From a virus (Duplodnaviria; Caudoviricetes), in IMG/VR virus record IMGVR_UViG_3300030433_002124, positions 1-64,000 of that record: a stretch of DNA of 64,000 nucleotides. One strand, 5' to 3'. This document shows positions 50,701 through 62,700 of this stretch, piece by piece. Made by a program: the position numbers and the translations under genes. The notes under the pieces were generated by a model. The model worked only from the letters and a program-made list of their open reading frames with translations. It ran no database searches and was not told the DNA's origin. How positions within the stretch are numbered: the stretch's first letter is position 1; every line of letters begins with the position of its first letter.

Positions 50701-53700
50701 TGGGAATGGGATAAATTATTTGATAATTTTGTTCCTAATGTACAAGTTATGTGGAATAATCGTATAGGTGTTATATATGCTGAAAGCGGTGCTTTATTTT
50801 TTGAAGATGAGAAACAAAATAAAGTACAGGTAACTGAGAACAATGATATTTTATATAATTTAAATATGATTGTGTTAAAAAATAGTACTACTATACCTTT
50901 AACTGTACATGAAGATGGTAGAACATTTAGAATAAATGGAGATTATTATAGTAATCTACATGAAGATCCTACTGATGCTATTAAATATAATAAAGAAGAT
51001 ATTCCAATATCTGTTACTTTAACTAGATGGATAGGAAATGACATTACTATTACTACCCCAGGTATTGTAATGGACATAGCTAGAGTTATAGAGACTTTAG
51101 AAGCTGTAAAAATAGCTAAATTTGCTGAGTTTAATAATCAAGAAAATTCTTTAGATTTAGGAGATACTATTCATTATGCTATTTGGAAAAAGACTTCAAA
51201 TGGTTATAAGCTTGTAGTAATGAATGAAGAGACTGGTAAAGCAGTTAGAGGTAAGAAAGCTAAAGAATTAAAGCATATAGCAAATGAAATGCTAAGCTAT
51301 AAAATAGAAACTGAAATTAACAAAATAAAACAAAAATTCAATGAATCTATCACAACTCATAATGTTACTCCCTCCCCGATTACAAAAGAAACTCTTAGCG
51401 GTACCCCCGGTCAAGCAGCCCGGATTTCTGAAGAAGTTGAGGAATCCAACCCCCAAAAGCAAGAAGAAAAAATAAGCGCTGAGGTACAATCTGCTAGTCC
51501 TATTGTTAATGTAGACAGAACAGAAGTTAGTCAAAAAGAAAAGGATGAAATATTAAATAAAATAAATAATGATGCTTTAGAAAAAGATAAAGCGAATGCA
51601 GAACAGGTTATAGAAAACGAAAAGAAAAATCAAACAGAAAATCTAGAACAAGAAGTAGGTACAAGTATTGATAGTTTAATAAATGAAAATAAATCTGATG
51701 CAGAAAAAACTGTTAATTTAGTAGAGTCTTCTGTTAACCAGCAGGAAAGTACACCACCAAAGAAACAACGTCCTAAAAAAGCTATTACTAATCCTACTGC
51801 TACTAATAAAAATAAAGTAGAGCTAGATAGATCTTACCCACAAGCTTGGACTCCGCAATTTGTAGGAGTTAATTTAAGTACTAAAGAAAATCCTTTATGG
51901 GTACAAGCACTTGATAGAAACGGTAATAGTATGCCAGTATTTGTAAGGTCAAATGGAGCTCCTTATAGAATTATACCTGAGTCCTTTTTAACGCCTACAC
52001 AACTAGATCAAATAGATAAAAAAAGTCCAGGCCCAGGAACAATAAATACTGTTTTTTATAACGAACCTAGAGTAAATCAAAATAATAAAGTTATACGAGA
52101 GGGGAATCGTATCATAGTAAATAAAGAAAAACTAGTTAGATATACTGTATTAAATCCTAAAACTAAAAAAAGAGAAAATGCTGTTATGATTATCTATCCA
52201 GGATCGATAAATCAATCTGATATTATAGATTTTGATGTAGCTAATAGCCCAGAGACTGGGGTAGGAACAGATGTAATATTAAGAGTAGAACCTAATTGGC
52301 AATATCATAGAAGTAAAAATCCTAATGATGTAATAATTACTGTTAGATTAGCGGGAAGAACTGATACTATTATTTCTACAATGCGTGGAGGTTCAGCTCA
52401 GTTTAAACAAAATTTATTACTTAGAAAAAATGTAGCAGAGGCTTTAAAAGGTAATAGGTCTATGGATATTAAAGCTAAGATCGCTGGTAAAACAGATGGT
52501 TTTGTTACTAATATAAAAAAGAAAGGTAAATCTGTAAAACAATCTATAGATGTATTACAAGGGCCTATAGTAATTGGATATGGTATGGAAGGTACAGTGC
52601 GTATACCTAATTCTGATGTATCTGTTTCCAACTCAGAATTTGTTGAAAATGGTACTATTTATTTAGCTACTAAATCTGCTAGCGGAAGAATGATTCCTAT
52701 TAGATTAGAAACTTCTAATTTAAATAATATAGCTGCAAATAAAGTTGTAGATATAATTTTAGATAATAAGCTAACAGAAGAAGAAAGAAGACAAGAAGTA
52801 AATAAAATAATACAAGTTTATGGTAAACTTGAAGAAGATACACAATTAGCTATGGATAATTATAGAATTAAATTTCCATATGCTGGTAAAATGATAGGGC
52901 TACAAATACATGCAGAAGGTAGTGATCAAATAAGTAACTTCGAGAAATTTATAACAGGTAAACCTTTTAAATATATTTTATATGATTCACAAGGTTTAAT
53001 ACAATCTGTAGGAGAAATACAAAAATCTGATGGTAAAACAGCTCAAAGAATATTAAGAGATAGTTCGGATTTTTCACAACAACTATTAGTAAATAATAGA
53101 AATGTATTTGTAGAATATTTAAAAACTAAAAAATATAACGTACAAGGCCATGAATTAAATATCAATGAGCCTTACAGAAGTCCTATAAATGGATATGAGT
53201 ATGATAATTATATACAATACTTATCAGATCCTGATTTTAGTATATTAACTACAGATATTCCGGGGGGAAATGCATCTAAATTTCATCATTCAATTATTTA
53301 TACAGAAGTAGTAGATGATACAACATCTATTCCTTTTGAAAAAGCAGATCTAACTAAAGCAGAAATTAAAGAGTTAACTACACCTTCATTAGATGAACAA
53401 GTTGTAGAAGCTATAGAAGATGAAGCAACTATGTCTATAGATGATCTGATTGAGAATAATAAGAAAAAACCTAAGACTAAAAACGATATAGATAATTTAG
53501 ATGATATTAATTTACCTGATATTAAATTAAGAGAAGTAAATGTTGTAAATCCTCCATCTTATAATATGTTGACACAAGAAGAGGTAGATTGGTTTAAAGA
53601 AAAGTTTGGTGAGCAGGGTTTAAATGTATTAGAACGTGTTAAGTGGATACGTGTATCTAAAGGTAGAAACGCATGGGGATTTTATAGAAACGGTTTAGTT

Positions 53701-56700
53701 ACATTAGCACGAGAGGGTAAAGAAGGTACAGCATACTGGGAAGCGTTTAGAAGAGTATTTGATATTCATTTATCAGAAGAAGAAAAAGCAGATATATTAT
53801 TAGAAGCTGATAATAAGTATGGTTATGATATGTTAATGGCACAAGAAGAAGCAGGTGTAGATATATCAAAGGCTACTTATTCTAACGAGCAATTAGAAAC
53901 AGCCCTTGCAAGAGATTTTATGGATTTCATGATGAATGAAAAAGATCCTTCTTTTAAAGGTAAAATAAAAAGATTCTTTAAAGAATTATTATATACTATC
54001 AAAAACTTTTTAGGATTAAATAATAGTATAGAAAGATTATTTAGAAATATCCGTGATACAAATTATAACAATTATACATTAGAAGAATTAAATAAGTTAT
54101 CAAAAGTAGAAAATGAACAACTTAGGCAAATGTATAATAAGAATGGCCAGCCTATGCCACAAGAATTTGTAGAAGAGGTAGTAGGAAATATAAACCATGA
54201 TTTATATACTGCTTTACAAAATAAAGCAAAACAAGATAATGTATCTTTTGAATCATATCTTAAAGATCAAAAACAATTAGATGCTTTTTACGATGCTTTA
54301 AGAGCACAATACAGAGCTATAGGTAAAAAAATATTAGATACACCTGGAATAAGTGATAGAGTTAGAAGTATCGGAGAAAACTATTTAAGAATTACAGAAG
54401 ATTCTTTATGGGGTATAAGAACTGATGCTTTACATAATTTAACGTCACCTGGATTTAAAAAATTAGCTATACAAAATTTACAACCTTTATTCGGTGTAAA
54501 ATATACTACATATAGAGGTAAAGAATTGACAGATGATTTAGATGCTAATGAAGTAAACGATATTGTAGAAGATGCACAACCACAAGCTCAAGAAAAAATA
54601 CATGGTATAAATTACTATTATAGGCCTGTAAAAGATACTTTATCTAAAGATGTAAAAATAGGATTAAGTTTTATTGAGTCTAAAGAAAAAGGTAAGATAT
54701 TAGGTAAACATAGATTTGTACCATTTGATGATGTGTATAACTATCTTGCTTTAAACTTATCCAATGCTACAGAAGGTAGAGTTATAGAAAAATTAAAAAC
54801 TCTAAAGCATGAACTAGTACCTCAAGTATTAGAAAAATATACACAAGCAGGCCCAGCCTGGCAAAATAAATTTGTTACTCACTTTAATAAACAAAACATA
54901 GCTTTTAAAACTTTAGTTATTGATAACTCGGGATCTGTAAAAGTTATGTACACAAATCGTAATGGTCTTGAACGGCAAATTATAAATGATTGGATGGGTA
55001 ACAAAGCATCTTCACCTATATTTACAGAAGTTAATGGTGAAAATGATAAAATTAATGTAGAAAAAGCTAAAGAATTTAAAGCTATTTTAGAAAATGATTT
55101 AGTAAAAATATATAATAAATATAGAAACACATCTAAAATATCAGAGCAAACAGCAGGTAAAAAAGAATACATGGTTCCTATGATGAAAGTTCTAAAGAGT
55201 CTGGGTATAACTTTACCTCAGAATATGAAGAATGATTTGTTTAAAGATGAGACTGTTAGTGTTAAAGATCTTCATGCATATATGTTTGGGCCCAACTCGT
55301 TTCAATATGTATTTAAAAATCTAGCGCTAGGAAGAAGTCCTTACATGGCTAATAATATGGAGATGGGGGCTTTAGGTAAATTAGCTAAATTTGTTGCTCA
55401 ATATAAAGTAGATTCTTATTTAGCGTCATTTATTGGAGGTAATAGAAAAAGTATATATTCTATTAATTTAAATACTTTTGATTCAGAAAGAACTTTAGCA
55501 TTAAGATCTGATGAAACTTTTAAAGAAACAATAGCTAAATATTTTTCTGATGTATTTTATAAACCTAATTCCAAAACATCCCATGTGTTATTAGATATGT
55601 TACTTAAGCATCCTACTGTAAGAAACAACTTCCAATTAAGTACATTTGATGTAATAAAAGATAGAGGTAATTTTGGTAGAGCTACAGCTTATGATCGAAT
55701 GACAGAAAATTTATCTGCAATAACTAGATTTGCTATGTTTAATAATAGCGGAAATGTTTTTGGAGAATTTAGTACAGGTACTAAATCTGATAAAGGTCAG
55801 TTTAAATTTTTAACATTACCTAAAATACATCCTAAAAACAAAGCATTTGGTATGTGGAAATCAACTAAGCTTGGTACAGAAGGCTTTATAGAAACAGCTA
55901 TAGAGTTATTAAGACCATTAGCATTAGGAGAATATGCACGTATATCTAAAGTAGAACGTCAATTATTTGATGTTAATATGGATCCTAAACATTTAATAAA
56001 GAATTTTCATTATAGAAATGAACCGGGAGATATGGATGCTAATGGATTAAAGTTTATGTTATTTAGAACTTTAAACGAATCAGAAATATTTAATGAAGAT
56101 ACTAATAGACTAGAAGCTATAGCAGACACTAATGAATCTGACATTGAAGTATATAATAAATTAGCAGGAGTAATAGATGCTCATATTAAAGCATATATAA
56201 GAAAACAAATAAGTAAAACAATAGATGCTTTTGTTGAAGCTAAAGCTATAGTAAAAGTAGGAAAAGAATTACATAATATTAATCTTCCTTTAAATGCTAT
56301 AGCAAATAAAAGGATAGGTAAAGATGTTACACCGGCTATAATAGAATTTGCTATTAATGATATTGTTATGAAGCCTTATATAAATACTATATTCGGACCT
56401 GAACTTGCTTTCTATAAAACTGATAAAACAGGTAATCCTATGGTAGATGCGGGGAAAAGACAATATCAATCAGTTACTCCTAAAATGAATCTTACATATA
56501 ACGAAGAGCATGACTATGGAGCTAAACCTAAATTTACACACGCAGTAGTTAGGGATATAATTAAAAGAAGCCCAGAAACTGTAGAAAGATTTCAAAAAAT
56601 ATTAGAAAAATCCGGAGTAGAAAGTACAGAAGCTAAAAAAATAGCTTCCGCTTATACAGAAGTTTTAAAAACGGATGCTCAAGGATATACGACTTTAGAA

Positions 56701-59700
56701 TTCCATAAAAGACAAATGGAGTCCCAGGGTAAATGGTCTAAAGAACATCAGAATGCATATGAAATGTATTGGAGAAAAGGATTAATGGGAGGAAAGGCTG
56801 AACAAGAACTTTTATTAGATCCTTTAAAAACATATTTCTTTGGAGAAGTATTAGAAAATGACGGTCATAATAATGAAACTTTAGTATTTAAACAAATAAA
56901 ACACTCTACTGTACCATTATTAAAATCTTATACTCAGGCTTTTGCAGAAGAAGGTATAACTACATTAGATGATCTTAGACAACGTATGGAAGCTACTGGT
57001 AAATATAAAGGTATGCAACATATTGATATGATTAATTTTGAAAGTGGTGTAAAAGTAGGTATATCAGGATTATCTAATGTTCAAGATTTATCTAATGTAA
57101 ATGTAGAAGTTTTAGAAAGTAAGTATTTAGGATCACCTCAAATAATTACAACTAGACCTAAAGACCCATTATTTGGTTCTCAATTTGCTAAATTATTACC
57201 TTCAAATATAAATAATGAAGATAGTTATTCTCTGCCTAATGGAGATAGATTATTAGGATCGGAATTAAAAACTTTATACAATGACTTATGGTATGAAAAA
57301 ATAGAAAGATCTTCTAATAAACTATCAAAAAAATTAGGATATAGAGCATTCATGGATGTTTTAACTACAATGAATGAAAATCCTACAGCTGTATCACCAG
57401 AACAATTTGCTGCAGCGCAGTTAAAGTTTTTAAAGAAAGTTAAAAATGAAGTATATCAAATGTTACAAGAAAGAGAATTACCTGATAATTATTTCTTAGC
57501 ATTAGATATAGAAGAGTTAATAGATGATGTTGATAGATACGGTTATGTAACACCTATGGCATTCCCTACTTTTTCTAAACGGTTTGAAAATATATTATTA
57601 TCTCTATTTAAAAATAATATATTAAAACAAAAAGCTAAAGGAATGAGCGCAGTACAAGTAGCAGACTTTGGCTATTCTTTAAATAACGAGCTTAAAATTG
57701 AAGCTAATAGTAATGGAGGTATATATGCTGAAGTTGCATTACCTTATGATTTAGTACATAAATTAGGATTAGAAGTAGGAAGTGACTTATCTGCAGTAGA
57801 TCCGTCTTTATTAGAATTAATAGGATATCGTATTCCTACACAGGGTAAAAACTCAATGCTGATGTTAAAAGTAGCAAGAATTTTACCTAAGAATATGGGT
57901 GCAGTTATACAATTACCTGCAGAAATAACAACAATTATGGGATCTGATTTTGATATAGATAAAATGTATATCATGTTCCCAGAGTTAACAAAAGAAAAAA
58001 GAAGAGAGTCAGCATTTAAAATAGGACAATATAGAACTAAAAAAACTTTTGAGGGCTTATCTGATCAAGCTGTTAATCAAGCTTTATTTGATATATCTGC
58101 AAGTATATTGTCATCTAAACATTCTGTAAAAGAAATCTTAACACCATTAGATTCTGATACATATGCTAATGCTATAAAAGATTATCAAGAGGCTAGAATT
58201 ACAGAAGATATATCTGACTTTGATGTATTTACCCCGGCTGCGGATATGTATTTAGAGAAAATAAATAAAGATGCATCTATGCTAATCGGTTTATTTTCTA
58301 TGCATTCTACATCACATGCTCTAGCGCAAGATATGGATATTAAATTAAATAATGTAGCAGTTTATTTTAACAGTAACAAAGGACAAGAGCATACAAGTTT
58401 AAGTAATATCTATGATTTTGATGGTAATTATATTTCTGATCATATAAAAGATGACCAAAATGAGTCTATAGATAATGCTAAAAATCAAAGAATAGGTCCC
58501 GCGGGAGTTACAGTATATAATCATGGTGTAAAAATGTTATTAAACAGAGTAGGTGTTCCTGGAAGAGCATCTCTTGATTTTATTAATCAGCCTATTATAA
58601 AACAATATCAAAAAGAAAGAGCTACAAATACGAGTAATGTATCTGATCAAAAACTTGCAGAAAAAGTAGCAGAAGAATGGCAAGTAAAACAAGAATTTTT
58701 AGAAGCTAAAAAACTATTTGGAGAAGACAGATTTTTTACTCCAAGTGCAGCTTCTTTAAAGAAATCATTAAAACATACTAAAGGTGGCCAAAGAGAGCAT
58801 AAAGTACAACAAGCTCAATTATTAGCAGATTTCTTTAATTATATAGATATTGCTAGAGATATATCTAAATTAAATATGCTATTAAATCCAGAAGGATTAA
58901 AGAACTTTAGTAGATTAAGTTTCTTAGAAAACTTTAAAAATGCACAAGCGCATTTAGAATCTAGTATGTCTTTTATAGATATAGGTAAAATGCCAAAAAG
59001 AACAGAAGCATTCATTAAATTTGGTATAGATGAAGCTATCGATACAACAAGTTATTTTATTCCATTTAATAAAGAAGGATTTTTAGAATTAAAAAGAAAA
59101 ATAGCTAAATATACAGGACAGAGAGATGGTGTTTTATCACAAGAGTCAATAGAAACTATAAATAGTTTAGCTCTTTATTATGTGTTTACACAGCCCCATT
59201 CTCCTTTAGCGGATCTATTTTATACTGATGGAAAGTCTGATATGTCATTAGTTAAGGAAAGATTGTTTACATTATCAGGATCCACAGTATCTAGGTTTTT
59301 AAATCTAAGAGCTAATAAAAATATGCATAATGATAAATTCTTTGGTATGTTATATGCTCATACAGAGAATACAGGTAAAAATAAGTTTATTAAATTATTA
59401 GCATTTAATAATACAAGTAAATTAGATGCTGCTAAAAAGTCGGCTATTACAGATAGATGGGAGCAGTTATTAGATCCTAATGTTACAAAAGATGTAGAAG
59501 TAAGAAGGATGGCAGAAGCATTAGTTCTTTATTCTATTATTACTTCAGGATTTATCTCTACAGGTCCTAATACATTTGTAGATTTAATTCCTAATTCATA
59601 CTGGTCTAATAAATCAGAGAATAGAGATTCATTAAGTAATTTCTTTAGAAAAGAAGTTAGAACAATGGATTATTCAAATTACTTTGATGACAATGCTGCA

Positions 59701-62700
59701 AGACAGATAATAAGAAATTCTTATAAAGACCCCGGATTATTAAAAACAGTAGATAAATCAAGTTTAGTACATAATGATTTAGTAAAAAATAAAGGTTATA
59801 ATAAAAATTACTATTTTATCCACAAAGAAGCAGCAGGTGATATTTTAATGAAAGATAGCCCGGGAACAAAAGCTTATGTAGAGTATTTTAAAACTTGGGA
59901 AAATAAATGGAGATTATATCAACTAACTGAAGCTACAGAAACTGGGGCTATATACCAAGAAATACAGCCTTTAGGAGAAAGATACAAATTTGTAGAGATG
60001 ACTAGTAAAGATGCTTTAATTGAAAGTATACATCCTGTAAACAGAACAAAGCACAAGCAGTCTATAGATCAAACATTAACTAATTTACCACCTAATACAA
60101 CAGAAGCTACAGAAAGTATTGATGATATAATGGGTATGCCACAATTAGCAGCTGAAAAAGTATTAGAAACAAAAATACAAGATCTAGAAGGTAGACTATT
60201 AACATGGCTGAAAAAAGAATTTGGAATTGGCCATAGAAGTTATAATGTTTTAAAAACAAAAACAGGAAAAGATGCTTTAGGTATAGCAGATATTATGCAT
60301 AAACTAATACATATCTCTAATAGAAGAGATCGTTATACAGTACCAGAAGAAACTGCACATTTCTTTATCGAAATGTTAAAAGATAAGACTATAGTTAAAA
60401 AATTAATGAGTTTAGCTAGTAAAACTAATCTACACGGTGAAGTATTAAGAGATTATGCAGATGTTTATAATACTCCCGAAGAGTTTCAAAAAGAAACGGC
60501 CGGTAAAATATTAGGAAAATACATTGTTTCTGAGTATTATCAAGGAAAAGGCTTTAGTATTGGCACAGAAACAGAGTTTGTTAAAGAATATAGAGGGTTT
60601 TTAGGCATATTAAAGAAGATTTGGGACAGAATTAGATCAATTTTTGTAGGAGAATCTGCAAGTAATGAGTTAAATAGACATATTAGAGATGTTTTTGGAC
60701 AAAAAGCGAGACAAATATTAAATGGAAGCGCATTAGGATTAGATGTTAATCTATTAAGAGAGCATACAATACAAAAATACTATAGTATTGGTAGTATTAT
60801 GGAAGGTGCGGGTAAATTAGGAGAAGGTGCGCTTAATAAGATCGGTAAAACATTAAGTATATTAGATTTTAGTGATAGTCAATTAAAAGAATTAAAAGAA
60901 AAAGGTAAAGAATTATTACAAAGAAGAGCTACCTGGAAGCAGGCAGACTTTTTTACAGAGTTACTTGCAGATAGTAATAGAATAACAGAGCCTACAGAAG
61001 AAAATCAATATTATACTAAAGATGGTATACAATTAACACGAGTTACATCTGTTCAAGATTATTTTACTGATGCATTTGCGGAAGAAGAAATGGCAAAAAA
61101 AGTAGCTAAATCAAACAGAGCAAAAGGAGATATATTTAATTCTGCAGAAAGAGTATTAAATTTATGGAAATTCTTACAAGAAGGTGGGACAGAAATCCAT
61201 AAAGTAATGCAAGGAATTATAGAAGGTAAATCTAATAAGCAGGTTATGGAATCTGTTAATATAGATCCAAAAAGTAAAAAAGCTATTCAAAGTTCTTTAT
61301 CTATATTAAGATCTTGGGTACAAGATAAGCTTAATAAAGGTAGTATATTACATGCAGAAGTTAAAGTAGCAGACATGAACAATCTAATGGCCGGTACAAT
61401 AGATGTTATAGAAAGAACATCTGGGGGTCGAGTATTTCTACACGACTTTAAAACTAAGGTCCTTGGAAAGTTAATTGAAATAGAAAAAAGATTACCTAAC
61501 TTTAAATATGCATTATCAGGAGTGCCTAATACTATACTGAATCAATATAGATTACAACTTTCGCTATACAAATATATGTTAGAGAGAAAAGGAATTAAGG
61601 TAGATGGTATTAAAGTACAACCATTAGAAGCAGGTGTTAATATAACCCCAGAAACAGGCGTTATTAATTATACATCATTAGCATTTCCAAGTGCTACATC
61701 ACCTGTATTAAATAAATTAAATAATTTAAAACCTATTGATAATACTATTTTATCTAACGTTGTAAAGAAACTTAATCCAGAATCAACAGGTGTCGCTGAA
61801 GAATTAAAAGAAAAAGATGCTGCAGTTAGAGTATTACAACAAGCTAAAGATGTTATTAAAAAGAAAATTGATAGGTATAAGAAATCAGGAAATCCTAATT
61901 ACTTAGATGCTATGCAGGAACTTTCTAATCAATTAGAAGAAGTAAGTGAAAAAGAAGGTATTGTTTTATTTGTAAAAAGAGCACTAAAAGAAATAAACGA
62001 TGCGCATAAAAGATTATTACAACTGCAGAAAGATGATGCAGTAACTGCAAGAAATTTAGCAGAGATAAGAAATTATGTATCAGCATATGAGATCTTAGAT
62101 GAAATGACTTTATTAGCACCATCATTAGGAAAAACAGGCTATGAAAATCTTATTAAAACATATGTTGCACCGGCTGTACTAAAAAGACAACAGGTAGAAG
62201 AATTGTATAAAGCTTTAGGAAGACCTATTATTGCAGACTTTTTAAGTAAGTATAGTACTAAGCCTGGGATGACTAAACAGAAGATGGAAGCAGAACTTAT
62301 CAAAGCTAGTAGAGATATAGGTTATTTAGCTAGATGGTTAAATGCATTAGCAGATTCTAAGATGACTGAGCTTGCTATGATCGATAAGCATATAGGTATC
62401 CAAAGAAATATTGTACAAGAAGCTAAATATAATCTAGAATATGGCGCTGGTAAGGCTGAAGGTTTACTTGATATTGTAAAAGAATATGAAGATCATAGAT
62501 CTAGTGAGGGAGCAAGTGTTACTAATTATGTTCAATTATTTGAGCCTATATTAGAATTCCATAATGGTAAGCCAACAGGATATATAGTAGGCCCATTATC
62601 TTATGAGTTTAGAAAAAAGAAATATGATTTTATTCAGGCTAAAAAAGCAGCTGGAGAAGCTATTACATCTAGAATATGGAATGAATTCTATGAAGATAAT

